Shown here one piece after another: positions 46,754 through 56,945 of a stretch of DNA of 64,000 bases. The notes under the pieces are model-generated. The model made no database searches, was not told the origin of the DNA, and saw only the letters and a program-made list of their open reading frames with translations. Source of the stretch: a bacterium (GTDB taxonomy: Bacteria > SAR324 > XYD2-FULL-50-16); the NCBI GenBank assembly GCA_018829445.1, contig JAHJTV010000055.1, forward strand, positions 123,269 to 187,268. The letters are read 5' to 3'. Position 1 is the first letter of the stretch. Each line of letters starts with the position of its first letter. The translations under genes and the position numbers were made by a program.

Positions 46754-48517
46754 ATGAATAACAAATTAATGAAAATTGAATTGGATTACAAGAGAGAGAT
46801 CACCCTCGACCAGGTGGAAGCAGTGGCTAAAGGAGAAGCACGGGTTGGGTTGTCTGAAGAGAGTCAAAAGGTTATTGATGAGCGACGGACCCAACTGGAG
46901 AGGTTCATTGAGAAACAAGGATTTCCAGCTTACGGCTTTAACCGGGGATTCGGCCACAACGTGGATCTGCAGGTAAAACCGGAACACCTGTCTCAGCTGC
47001 AGGAAAACCTGATTATTTCCCATGCAGTGGGAATGGGAGATCCGGTTTCTTCCGAGATTGTAAGAGTGATGATTCTGCTTCGAGCCCAGTCTTTATCCCG
47101 AGGATATAGCGGTATTCGATCCAAGGTGATTATCCAGCTGCTCAATCTGTTAAATCATGACATTCTTCCGGTTATTCCGGAAATGGGATCGGTAGGAGCC
47201 AGTGGAGACCTGGCTCCTTTGTCTCATCTGGCGTTAGGTTTGCTGGGATTGGGGAAGGTACATCACCAGGGGCGTCTGGTTGAAGCCAGTGATGCGCTCA
47301 CAGCTGCCGGGCTTGAACCTTTAAAGCTTGAAATGAAAGAAGGACTGGCACTGAACAACGGAATTCAGTTTATGACAGCAATCGGCCTTTATTGCTGTCA
47401 ACAGATGCAAACCTATCTGAAAACAGCCTGTGTCCACACTGCCATGACTGCCCAGGTGATGCTGTCCACCGAAACACCATTCAGGGAGGATCTTCATCAA
47501 CTGCGTCCCCATCCCGGATCTGTAAAGACTGCCCGCTGGATAAAAGCGTTGATGGAAGAATCACCACTGCGTGAAGCGCATCGTGATTATTGTATCGACG
47601 GTGAGATTCAGGATCCCTATAACATAAGATGTGCAGCCCAGATTTTGGGCAGTTGTGCGGAATTAATTGATGAATGCGAGTTAACCCTGCTGAGGGAAGC
47701 CAATAGTGTGACTGATAACCCGATTATATTACCCATAATCGCCGATACCAGGGAGACATCGAAATCAGAATACCAGGGGCAGTTTGTAGATATTGTCTCC
47801 GGTGGACATTTTCACGGTATGCCGGTTGCAGTTAGGCTGTATAACCTGATTCAGGCCATGGGAATAATGGCAGGTCTGACAAACCAGAGATGCGCCCGTT
47901 TTGTTGATGATACCAGAAACAAGGGTTTGGGACGAGATCTCAAGTGGCCCGATCTACCCGAGGAGATAAAAGCGATCTCCAGCGCCATGATGATGCCGGA
48001 GTACAGCTCCGCTGCATTGGCCAATGCCATTTGGGGGGAAGCGATGCCCAGCCATCTTTTCAATATTTCAACCAATACGGGGCAGGAAGATCACGTCAGC
48101 ATGGGAGCTGGTCTTGCGATACGGATATTAAAAGCACTTCCTAAGATGTCATATATCCTGGCGATTGAATTGGCTTATATCAGTCAGGCAGCAGCAATTC
48201 GCAGAAAACTGGATTTTATACCCTCAAAAGTTCCGGTTTCAAAGGAAGTAAAAGATCACTTTGAAGATATAAAGAAAGAATTCAGAAAAAAGACTAACCC
48301 TTTTTCTTTGGATATCCAGGTAAAGGAAAAATACCCTGTTGCGAAAGCCAACAGAAGACTGAATAAGGTTGGGGAATGTATCCTGAAAGAGGTCTTCCGT
48401 ATATTTCCCACTGTCAAAGAGGACTGCATTCTATCCGATAAATTGGGATCCTTGGCAAATCTTATCTCTAATGGGAATGTTGTCAGAACAGCTTCCGAAT
48501 TCATTGATTTTAAATAG
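46754..48517 (+). CDS. hutH: Histidine ammonia-lyase
   Basis: MIO-forming GSVGASGDLAPLSH motif, plus NNGIQ and GGHFHG. At 587 aa it is longer than the usual ~510 aa. Confidence 0.92.
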   Translation: MNNKLMKIELDYKREITLDQVEAVAKGEARVGLSEESQKVIDERRTQLERFIEKQGFPAYGFNRGFGHNVDLQVKPEHLSQLQENLIISHAVGMGDPVSSEIVRVMILLRAQSLSRGYSGIRSKVIIQLLNLLNHDILPVIPEMGSVGASGDLAPLSHLALGLLGLGKVHHQGRLVEASDALTAAGLEPLKLEMKEGLALNNGIQFMTAIGLYCCQQMQTYLKTACVHTAMTAQVMLSTETPFREDLHQLRPHPGSVKTARWIKALMEESPLREAHRDYCIDGEIQDPYNIRCAAQILGSCAELIDECELTLLREANSVTDNPIILPIIADTRETSKSEYQGQFVDIVSGGHFHGMPVAVRLYNLIQAMGIMAGLTNQRCARFVDDTRNKGLGRDLKWPDLPEEIKAISSAMMMPEYSSAALANAIWGEAMPSHLFNISTNTGQEDHVSMGAGLAIRILKALPKMSYILAIELAYISQAAAIRRKLDFIPSKVPVSKEVKDHFEDIKKEFRKKTNPFSLDIQVKEKYPVAKANRRLNKVGECILKEVFRIFPTVKEDCILSDKLGSLANLISNGNVVRTASEFIDFK

Positions 48518-48757
48518 ATAGTCCGCTCAGGAGAAATTTTTTCTAAACGGGACATGTGCTTATGATACGTATTCCCTTATTTTGAAGAGACTTCCCTGGA
48601 GAACTGCTCTATCCAGTCCTTGTCCTCTGCCTAATCCCTATCCATTTTAAGAAGTGGATTATTTTGTTTTCAACCTTAATCTCTCGATTCAATACTGACA
48701 GGATTAACCGGTTTGATAGCGGATTTTGGGTGTTGGTTCCTATTGTAATAACCTATC

Positions 48758-50119
48758 TTGACTGATAAACTGCAATTACTCAAAATCAGACTCGAACTTA
48801 AGCCGGTCAAATCTCAATATCTGCAGGAAACCCAATTGACTAAATCCGACACCAAATCGATTCACTACATCAATAAAGGACGCTTTGTACAGGTCGCATA
48901 CAATTACATCGGAAAGGAAAAGCGTATTGATAATGATCGGCGGAAAACCCTGAAGGGAGATCCTGCAAAAACGGATGCCGGGGAGGAACGCAGGAAGGGT
49001 TCTCGACGATTGGAAGATATAATTATTACATTGGAAATTAAGGATGATAAAGAGATCTATGCGACCTACAAAGTTTTTAAAGAGATCGTCAGAAAAATAA
49101 TGCACAATAATTTTGCAGAAATCAGCGAAGACCCCGACCGAGAATCCTGGATTAACATCGACTACGGCACACAGGAAGTCTTTGTGGATTGCAAGATGCA
49201 GTATCGTGATGAAATCAAGCAGTTGATGTCTCAAAAAGGATTAACCTGCACTGTTATTGATACGGGCGTTTTTCTCGGGGAACCAAATCAAGTGACTGCT
49301 GCTGTTATTCAAAAACATAAAAAAGACAAAACGCCACTGGATATTGAAACGGATTCAGCACAGGCTGCTGTTCTTGGTTTTTTACCTGAAAACCTGGAGA
49401 AGGAGATTAACAATATTATTTTTAAGGTTTTTGTAAAATGTCTCAACGAAGTCCATCCTGTTGCCGGTGACCATGAACGGGATGCTTTAAAGCAGGATGT
49501 AAGTCTGGAACAAAGAATTATCTTTATCGCCGGAAAGCATTATCCCAAGTCGAAAAACTTCAATTTTAAAACAATCATTGAACAGGTTTTTTCGGAAGCA
49601 ATTGGTAAGTATAATCGAATGATTCAGGTGGATGCTGAAGTCATACAATTGGAGGAGAGATACAAATTGTCTCACAATAATAACCTTATCGCTGTTATTC
49701 AAAAGAAAAAAGCAGAAGTTAACAAGATGCGGGAATCCAGCATTGAGGAGACCATTCGTACGCTATACCTCTACCTGGACTATTTTAAAGACTTTATCAA
49801 AGTCGGTCTTATAAAGGAAAAAATAGAAAATATTTTCAAAAAGGTTAATGACAGGCGAATTAAGGTGATCCGACTGGATGAGATTGAAAATCAGCTTACC
49901 CAGGTCATTAATGAAGAAAAGAGAATAAAAAAACAGAAGCCTGATAATCTTGGTGAATTATTAGGGTACATAAAATGGCTAAAAAACGAAATTAACCGGG
50001 AAGTCTACTTTGTCCGTTTTCTCTGGACAAACAACCTGAGAGGTCGCGCCTATATACAAGATGCCTTTGATCGTACCATGAATAGTATTACCCCTCCTCC
50101 CTTTGATAACTCTCATTAG
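48758..50119 (+). CDS. Hypothetical lysine/glutamate-rich protein (453 aa)
   Basis: Long uninterrupted ORF. It is TTG-initiated in the ORF track with no obvious SD; an alternative TTG near 48836 is preceded by AGGAAA. No family recognised. Confidence 0.55.
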   Translation: MTDKLQLLKIRLELKPVKSQYLQETQLTKSDTKSIHYINKGRFVQVAYNYIGKEKRIDNDRRKTLKGDPAKTDAGEERRKGSRRLEDIIITLEIKDDKEIYATYKVFKEIVRKIMHNNFAEISEDPDRESWINIDYGTQEVFVDCKMQYRDEIKQLMSQKGLTCTVIDTGVFLGEPNQVTAAVIQKHKKDKTPLDIETDSAQAAVLGFLPENLEKEINNIIFKVFVKCLNEVHPVAGDHERDALKQDVSLEQRIIFIAGKHYPKSKNFNFKTIIEQVFSEAIGKYNRMIQVDAEVIQLEERYKLSHNNNLIAVIQKKKAEVNKMRESSIEETIRTLYLYLDYFKDFIKVGLIKEKIENIFKKVNDRRIKVIRLDEIENQLTQVINEEKRIKKQKPDNLGELLGYIKWLKNEINREVYFVRFLWTNNLRGRAYIQDAFDRTMNSITPPPFDNSH

Positions 50120-50212
50120 ATTTCCGGTTTTGTTCAAGTTTTAATCTATTTCACCGATAAGAAGTTAACAGGGTGTTTGTAACTTATCACACAACTTTTA
50201 TCGGGAATACAA

Positions 50213-50500
50213 ATGAACGAGGATCTTCAAGTCAAGGAATTATATATTTTAAAGGAAATTCAGAATATCCGAGATATAGTAACCATTTCGAACAGGGCCA
50301 GACGCATTAAATGGATGCACAGGGTGGCTTCAACACCGAAGAAATTGTTATCCAATTTCAGAAACTCGTTACCGTTTAATGTTCCATTCAATGAGAAAAC
50401 AAAAAAAGGAAATGCCGCCAGGAGACACATTACACCTACAACCATGAATTATAAGATGAAGCCTATCTCAGTAAATCCCTATAACACAGCTTACAAGTGA
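50213..50500 (+). CDS. Hypothetical basic protein (95 aa)
   Basis: ORF only, with a weak ribosome-binding site. No motif recognised. Confidence 0.3.
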   Translation: MNEDLQVKELYILKEIQNIRDIVTISNRARRIKWMHRVASTPKKLLSNFRNSLPFNVPFNEKTKKGNAARRHITPTTMNYKMKPISVNPYNTAYK

Positions 50501-50523
50501 TTTTTAATTATTAGTAAAAAACA

Positions 50524-51009
50524 TTATTCCGGGTCTTGTTTAAGCAGATTCGGAGAGATGTTCGCAATGGCTTGGATCCACTGGGGAGGGTAAGGCACTC
50601 TGAAGGCTACGCTGTCCAAACGGCCGCCTTCCAGCTCAAAATCGATTTTCATAACCGATTGATGAAGATCAGTATTCTTATGGACAGAATCCGGATATAA
50701 ACGGCGAATACTGACACCTGTAATCTCCACCTGTTTTTTTTTCCACCTGCTCCGATAAACCACACGATCCTTCAGCAGGATTAAAAATCCACTGCTTCTA
50801 ATGGCTTTTCCCGGTTCCGATGTTCTACCAAAATAATTAATTCCGAAGCTCATGGCGATCACATTGTCTCGTCCGAATCTGTTTTCAATCCATCGATGAT
50901 CCTGCCATCTGATCCATGCAATATAAGCAATAATCCCGAAAAAAATGATGGCGATAAAACTCCACTCTTCGCTCAGAAAGGTATTAATCATAAAAACCGA
51001 TTGTATCAA
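50524..51009 (-). CDS. Hypothetical membrane-anchored protein (possible bPH/GRAM-like soluble domain)
   Basis: 161 aa with one N-terminal TM helix (WSFIAIIFFGIIAYIAWI). Start ambiguous (TTG 51009 or ATG 50991). Confidence 0.5.
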   Translation of the reverse strand: MIQSVFMINTFLSEEWSFIAIIFFGIIAYIAWIRWQDHRWIENRFGRDNVIAMSFGINYFGRTSEPGKAIRSSGFLILLKDRVVYRSRWKKKQVEITGVSIRRLYPDSVHKNTDLHQSVMKIDFELEGGRLDSVAFRVPYPPQWIQAIANISPNLLKQDPE

Positions 51010-51020
51010 GGTGAAAATAT

Positions 51021-51401
51021 TTATTTAAATTCAGATAGGTAGGCCGTCAATTTCCGTTTTGCCATTCTGGCTCGATAACCGGGTCTGCTTCCCATGGCGG
51101 CCAAAATTGATTCTGCTATTTCATCATCGCTTTTTCCTTTTTTTTGCATGGCTTTGATTTTTTTTTCATTCAACTGAATGATCTGCCTGAATCCTTCTCT
51201 ATCCCTGGAAAAAAAAACAATAAACCCCAAAACAAATACAACAAATGAAGAGATCATTGCCACATAGATGTCATATTGAGGATTGGGAAAATAGGGGCGA
51301 AGCATACTATTGGGATTACCTGCGTTTAATATTGAATACATTGCGATAAATCCAACCATTACCATCATTGCATACAAAAGAAATTTTAAGGGTCGTATCA
51401 C
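51021..51401 (-). CDS. Hypothetical small membrane protein
   Basis: 126 aa, GTG start, two to three TM helices, basic C-terminal tail. Confidence 0.5.
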   Translation of the reverse strand: MIRPLKFLLYAMMVMVGFIAMYSILNAGNPNSMLRPYFPNPQYDIYVAMISSFVVFVLGFIVFFSRDREGFRQIIQLNEKKIKAMQKKGKSDDEIAESILAAMGSRPGYRARMAKRKLTAYLSEFK

Positions 51402-51529
51402 GTAAATGCACTCCTACAGGTATTGTTATGGTATTAATGGAATTCGATTCTTGTGGTTTTTGATGTGGATGAGGGAGATAAAATTAAACATGATGGACAC
51501 CCAATTAAGAGTGTCCATCATATTATCTG

Positions 51530-53077
51530 TTATACAGCTCTCATTTCACCTTCAGCTAAAGCCGCCCATTCGGCTTCTGCTTTCTCCCAAGCTTCATCGG
51601 AAGCTTCCGTTTCCCAAATCTCAAGTCCTCTTTCCGCTCTGGTAGCGCCAGGTAACAGGTTGTCAAGTGTGATTCCCACTAACGCTGTTACTGCCATTCC
51701 GGTTGTCAGAATTGCTTGAAAGATGTTTCCCAGAACTTTGGCAAGTTCTCCACTTGCACTCCAATCAATGGGAACAGCAGCAGCTGATAACATCGGACTG
51801 AAGTGATAGGGGACACTGAGTCCGGCGAAGAATGATAACCCGATAATAAAAAGGTTTCTTGAGTTGTTCAGATTCACAATCTGAAGGTTAGAAAGACCGA
51901 CAGATGCGATCATACCGAAGAGCCCGACAAACATGGCTCCCACAACAGGCTGAGGCAATGTTGCGAGTGTTGCACCAAATTTACCGATAATGGGGATAAA
52001 AAGCATCACCACTGCGCCACAACGAACAACCCTCCGACTGGCTACTCTTGTCAGTCCAATTGATCCGATATTTTCGGAATAGGAAGTTGTTCCATTACAA
52101 GTCTGCAGTATTCCTGCCACCAGACAACCCAGTCCTTCCGCTCCCAGACCTCTGGAGATCATCTTTGCAGTTGGCACTGGCGCTTCGGAAATACGGGCAC
52201 AAGCATAATAGTCACCGATGGATTCAATCATCGAAGCCAGGTATCCTGCCAGCATTCCGAATACACCCGCCCAAAGCGTAGCGCTCCCCCAGTCCGGCAT
52301 TCCCCATTTGAAAGGAACCATAGGCATCAAGCTAAACCAAGGAGCACTTGCAATCAGATCTGTTTTCAGATAGGCAGCATTATCCGGTGAGATAAGTCCA
52401 CTGGCAGTTCCGATCAGGGCACAAATCCATCCGGTAGCAATGGCCAGCAGTACCGGGAACAACATGAAAACCCTCGATTTTTGAGAAAAAACCTGTGAAT
52501 AGAGTATTAACGCCACCAGTGTGATCAGCGAAATCACCCAATTTTTTGCCATCCAGGGAGCTCCAATGGAGAATAGAGCCAAACCGATCATAGCAATGGT
52601 GGGGCCAATGACAATCGGACTGATCAGTCTTTTTACCTGTCCCATGATACCGGTATAGCCAAGCACAATTTCCACCACCGACGCGATCATAATCGCACCG
52701 GCAATCTCTTGGATCTGCAATTGCCATAACGGGATATCACCGGTCAGCTTTTTAGCCGCGACCATTCCAATAATTGCAAATGTTGGGCCGAGGAAGGAGA
52801 ATGTTCCTCCTTGGATAATCGGAAGACGGTTACCCAGGGGTGATTGCTGGATGAGAGTACATAAACCGGAAGTAAAAAAGATGGTTGAGATCAATAATGC
52901 CAACTGTTCCGGAGGCAGCCCCATCGCGCCCCCTATTATAAACGGAATCAAAACGGTGGCACCAAACATGGTCAGGTATTGTTGTATTCCCAACAATACT
53001 GCTGTCGGCCATTCAGGTTTGCTTCCAATTGGATAAACGATCCACGCTTTTTTTTCTTTTGTTTCTGGCTGAGTCAT
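51530..53077 (-). CDS. Nucleobase:cation symporter-2 (NCS2) family xanthine/uracil-type permease
   Basis: 515 aa with a strong RBS (AAGGAGG). It has the NCS2 N-terminus (LLGIQQYLTMFGATVLIPF), many TM helices and an acidic C-terminal tail. Confidence 0.9.
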   Translation of the reverse strand: MTQPETKEKKAWIVYPIGSKPEWPTAVLLGIQQYLTMFGATVLIPFIIGGAMGLPPEQLALLISTIFFTSGLCTLIQQSPLGNRLPIIQGGTFSFLGPTFAIIGMVAAKKLTGDIPLWQLQIQEIAGAIMIASVVEIVLGYTGIMGQVKRLISPIVIGPTIAMIGLALFSIGAPWMAKNWVISLITLVALILYSQVFSQKSRVFMLFPVLLAIATGWICALIGTASGLISPDNAAYLKTDLIASAPWFSLMPMVPFKWGMPDWGSATLWAGVFGMLAGYLASMIESIGDYYACARISEAPVPTAKMISRGLGAEGLGCLVAGILQTCNGTTSYSENIGSIGLTRVASRRVVRCGAVVMLFIPIIGKFGATLATLPQPVVGAMFVGLFGMIASVGLSNLQIVNLNNSRNLFIIGLSFFAGLSVPYHFSPMLSAAAVPIDWSASGELAKVLGNIFQAILTTGMAVTALVGITLDNLLPGATRAERGLEIWETEASDEAWEKAEAEWAALAEGEMRAV

Positions 53078-53613
53078 AATATATTAACCTCCTTTTTTTT
53101 TCTTTATGGGATGATTCCTAAAGAATGAAATCATTGTTGATTGAATAAAATCGTTCCTGCCCTTGTTTGAAAAGATACTGAAGTTAATAAGATGATTGTT
53201 TGAAAAAAGTGAGATGTTTGATTAGGTTAGATTTTGTCAGGACTAATAGTCTTAATCCCTAGCTTTTTTCAAAGTGAAGTCTTTCTTAAAATTCTTAAAA
53301 CGTCAACAGGATTTTTGGTTTTTACCGGAAACACTCGTTGATGATCCACGGTTTTGAGAAAAATAATGCTGGCAGTGCCCGTTTATCAAGAATACAGGAT
53401 GAATGGCAGATTCTGTTTTACCATCGGCATCCATTTTGATAAGCTATGACGTTATTTTAAAGGGAATTGTGAAAACAGGTGAAAGTACGATCATCCAGAA
53501 TAGTAATACCCATATCAAAGCACAGGTAACAGAATTAAATGTTTGCCATTTTAAAAAATCTTTATTGGGATAGTATATCAAAAATTTAACAGACTATTTG
53601 AAACGAGATCACT

Positions 53614-54258
53614 GTGAACGTACATAAACTACAGGCGATATTTTTCGATTTTGATGGCGTTATCCTGGATTCTACACACATAAAAACAGAGGCTTTCAAA
53701 AGAATGTTTGAGCCTTTTGGTGATAATATTGTAAATAAAGTGCTGGAGCATCATCTTAACCATGGAGGAATCAGCAGGGTTGAAAAAATTGCTCACTATT
53801 ATGACACATTTTTAAATTCTCCACTTTCCAGGGAAGAGCTGGAACACTCCTGTCTGCAATTTTCAAACAGGGTGAAAGATCTGGTTGTCAATGCTGCCTG
53901 GATACCGGGGATGAAAGAGTTTTTGCAGTCCTATCACACAAAAGCGGATTTTTATGTGGTTTCCGGAACTCCGGAAGATGAGCTTAAAGAGATCATTGAA
54001 AGAAGGACAATGACCGGTTTTTTTAAACGGATCATGGGATCACCGATTAAAAAACCCATTCATGTCAACCTGGTTTTGGAATCTGAACGATTAAAGCCTG
54101 AATACTGCATTTTTGTGGGTGATGCCCTGACTAATTATTACACCGCCTTGGAGACAGGTGTACACTTTATTGGAATTCAAGGAGAAGTTTATTTTCCGCC
54201 AGGTACTACGGTTTTGCCTGACGGTATTAATCTGCGGACAGCAATTGAACAGATATGA
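53614..54258 (+). CDS. HAD-superfamily hydrolase (subfamily IA-like phosphatase)
   Basis: Motif I FFDFDGVILDS, motif II VVSGT, motif IV FVGDALTN. GTG start. Confidence 0.8.
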   Translation: MNVHKLQAIFFDFDGVILDSTHIKTEAFKRMFEPFGDNIVNKVLEHHLNHGGISRVEKIAHYYDTFLNSPLSREELEHSCLQFSNRVKDLVVNAAWIPGMKEFLQSYHTKADFYVVSGTPEDELKEIIERRTMTGFFKRIMGSPIKKPIHVNLVLESERLKPEYCIFVGDALTNYYTALETGVHFIGIQGEVYFPPGTTVLPDGINLRTAIEQI

Positions 54259-54399
54259 TAAATCTTAATATTGACGTATCGAGCACATTTGATTAATTTA
54301 GACAATGTTTACGGCAAAATGTAATCGTAAAACTGATGTACTTGTCAAGAATTCTCCCTCATTTTGATAAAGCATTAACAGGTTTAACATAGAGAAAAA

Positions 54400-55803
54400 A
54401 TGAATTTTGATGTTGTTGTAATAGGAGCAGGTCCAGGCGGTTACGTCGGTGCCATTCGCTGTTCACAATTGGGATTAAAAACGCTGATAATTGAACGGCA
54501 GGAAACCCTGGGCGGGACCTGTTTAAACGTTGGCTGCATTCCTACAAAAACATTGCTTGAGCTATCAGGTCACTATTTTACGGCAAAAACCCACTACAAA
54601 AAATTTGGCATAAGACTGGATAATCTCTCACTTGATTACCCTCGCATGCTGCAGCGAAAAGAGAATGTCATTAATCAAAACGGTAAAGGTATCAGGTCGT
54701 TACTTGATAAAAATGCTGTAACCGTATTGACAGGCCATGCATCATTCAAAAATGATCAGGCAATCGAGGTTTTGGAGGAAAATGGCAACCGCCTTTCAGT
54801 TAGCGCCAAACATTTTATCATAGCCACAGGAGCCAAAGCTTTCACTCTACCATTTGCCGAAATTGATAAAGATAGAATTTTAACCTCAACTGAAATTTTA
54901 TCCCTTGACAGAATCCCCGGTTCTCTGGTCATAGCAGGGGCTGGTGTTATCGGTCTAGAGATCGGCACCCATTTTGCGAGGTTGGGGACCAAGGTGGATA
55001 TCCTTGATATTGCGGATTCAATTCTACCAAATTTTGATAAAGGACTGAGTGGGGAGTTGATGAGATCGTTAAAAAAGCTGGGGATTAAATTCCATTTATC
55101 CTGCAACATCAAGCAGGTTTCAAACAAAGGAGAGAGTGTGGCGGTAGTGGCACATGACAGTAAAACCAATGACCTCCTGTTTGAGTCAGACTACTGCCTG
55201 TTGGCTGTTGGAAGAAGCCCGGATTTGAAAAACCTTGGATTAGAGAACACTGCGGTCAAAATAGGTGATCATGGAACGATTATGGTAAATGGACAACTGC
55301 AGACTTCAGTCAATCATATCTATGCTATTGGTGATGTGATAGGGGGAATGATGCTGGCACATAAAGCATCAGAAGAGGGAGTTATTGCAGCTGAATCCAT
55401 AGCCGGTAAAACACGAAAGCTAAACTACAAGGCGATCCCGTCGGTCGTATATACGTCTCCGGAAACAGCCAGCGTTGGTTACACGGAGGAAGAGCTGATC
55501 GTTGAAGGAATCGATTACAAAGTGGGAACTTGTCAAAATCGGGTATTGGGAAGAGCCCATACGGCGGATAAACTGGATGGATTTGCCAAGGTACTGGTTT
55601 CAGCCAAAACAGGAGTCATCTTGGGAGTTCATCTGGTAGCGCCACATGCCTCAGAAATGATTGGTGAGGCAGTTGTGGCAATCGAACAACGGCTGACAGC
55701 TGAACAATTGGCTGGCTTCAGCCATGCACATCCCACTTATTTGGAAGCCCTCAAAGAAGCCTGTTTAATGGCATCCGAGGGAAAGGCAATCCATGCTATG
55801 TAA
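54400..55803 (+). CDS. lpdA: Dihydrolipoyl dehydrogenase
   Basis: FAD motif VVIGAGPGGY, redox disulfide GGTCLNVGCIPTK, and C-terminal HAHPT. Confidence 0.9.
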   Translation: MNFDVVVIGAGPGGYVGAIRCSQLGLKTLIIERQETLGGTCLNVGCIPTKTLLELSGHYFTAKTHYKKFGIRLDNLSLDYPRMLQRKENVINQNGKGIRSLLDKNAVTVLTGHASFKNDQAIEVLEENGNRLSVSAKHFIIATGAKAFTLPFAEIDKDRILTSTEILSLDRIPGSLVIAGAGVIGLEIGTHFARLGTKVDILDIADSILPNFDKGLSGELMRSLKKLGIKFHLSCNIKQVSNKGESVAVVAHDSKTNDLLFESDYCLLAVGRSPDLKNLGLENTAVKIGDHGTIMVNGQLQTSVNHIYAIGDVIGGMMLAHKASEEGVIAAESIAGKTRKLNYKAIPSVVYTSPETASVGYTEEELIVEGIDYKVGTCQNRVLGRAHTADKLDGFAKVLVSAKTGVILGVHLVAPHASEMIGEAVVAIEQRLTAEQLAGFSHAHPTYLEALKEACLMASEGKAIHAM

Positions 55804-55832
55804 TGTTTGAATAATAATCCGGCTGTCCCTCT

Positions 55833-56219
55833 CTAGATCACGGCAATCGCATCAATCTCCACATCCACATTTCTGGGTAAGTTGGACACTTCAACACAAG
55901 CTCTGGCCGGTGGCGAGCGGGTGAAAAAAGTCTGATAGGTTTCGTTGATCAATGGAAAATCATCCATGTTCCGAATATACACCGTGGTTTTGACAACATT
56001 CTCTAAAGAGCTACCAGCAGCATTCAACACGGCTTTCACATTGATCAGTACCTGGTTGGTTTGTTGCTGGATATCTCCTTCGACAAGTTGACCATTCTGA
56101 GCATTGATGGGAATCTGTCCCGATACAAAGACCAGATTTCCTGCTTTAATTGCCTGGGAATAAGGACCGATTGCTTCCGGAGCCTGATCGGTCTGAATTA
56201 CAGTTCTATCTGAAGGCAT
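55833..56219 (-). CDS. ridA: RidA/YjgF family reactive-intermediate deaminase
   Basis: 128 aa with AIGPYSQAIKAGNLVFVSGQIP, PARACVEV and a typical C-terminus. Confidence 0.9.
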   Translation of the reverse strand: MPSDRTVIQTDQAPEAIGPYSQAIKAGNLVFVSGQIPINAQNGQLVEGDIQQQTNQVLINVKAVLNAAGSSLENVVKTTVYIRNMDDFPLINETYQTFFTRSPPARACVEVSNLPRNVDVEIDAIAVI

Positions 56220-56502
56220 AAGTCTCCCTTAAAACAGTGGATTCAACTGATTTAGTGTTTTCCGGATGTCCATTCACTTTCGAGTCCAATGGGCTCTAGT
56301 TCCTTGAAAAACCTTGACAGTTATTCATCGTTCATATAAACAAAAAGTAAATATCAGACATAGGAAAAGAGATTGTGTAATGATTGTCATGGTACAATAA
56401 TAAGTGGGCAATAGCCAGTGTTTCGTTCCAGTTGATGATGCCTCCCGGATTACGGGAATTAAATATGGACAACAGGCTTTTTCTAAGGAGAGGAGATCTA
56501 TT

Positions 56503-56898
56503 ATGTTATTTATGGTTTGTTATGACGGTTCCAGTCAGGCGAAGATAGCATTGCAGGTTGCAAAAAAATATGCCAAGGCTTTTGATGCAAAAATTCTCGC
56601 TACAACAGCTTTGGAAGGTGATCCAAAAGAGCAGTTGAATCAGCTGGAGAAAGCTGAAGCGATTATTAAGGAAGCGAAACAGTATTTTGAGAAGCACGAC
56701 ATTGAGTATGAAACCAAAATGCTGCCCGCTAATAACATGAGCATCGGAGAAAACCTGGTATTTCTGGCCGAAGACAAAAAAGTGGCAAAAATTATTATGG
56801 GTACCAGTCGTAAATCCAAAGTGGGAAAATTTGTGTTCGGTTCCACTACCCAGCATGTTATTCTGACTGCACCATGCCCTGTAATTGCGGTTAAATAG
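56503..56898 (+). CDS. Universal stress protein (UspA family)
   Basis: AAGGAGAGGAG lies 7 nt upstream of the ATG at 56503. C-terminal GSTTQHVILTAPCPVIAV. The 33-codon extension in the ORF track is unlikely to be translated. Confidence 0.8.
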   Translation: MLFMVCYDGSSQAKIALQVAKKYAKAFDAKILATTALEGDPKEQLNQLEKAEAIIKEAKQYFEKHDIEYETKMLPANNMSIGENLVFLAEDKKVAKIIMGTSRKSKVGKFVFGSTTQHVILTAPCPVIAVK

Positions 56899-56945
56899 GC
56901 AGGAAAGGCATCAACAACCGAGTGACTGGTGATGCCTTATTATCA

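Noticed and set aside
48980-49012. EERRKGSRR in the 453-aa orphan, considered as the RxxxR half of a PilZ c-di-GMP binding motif.
   Set aside because: No matching D/NxSxxG motif follows at the expected distance, and the context is a generally Arg/Lys-rich segment.
53078-53613. A purine (xanthine/guanine) riboswitch upstream of the NCS2 permease.
   Set aside because: The minus-strand leader lacks the conserved junction and loop sequences of purine aptamers (UAUA...GGAUAUGG...GUUUCUACC...CCGUAAA...GACUA).
56404-56502. The 33-codon N-terminal extension of the Usp ORF (GTG start at 56404).
   Set aside because: A strong SD (AAGGAGAGGAG) sits in front of the internal ATG at 56503, and the Usp fold starts there (MLFMVCYDGS).
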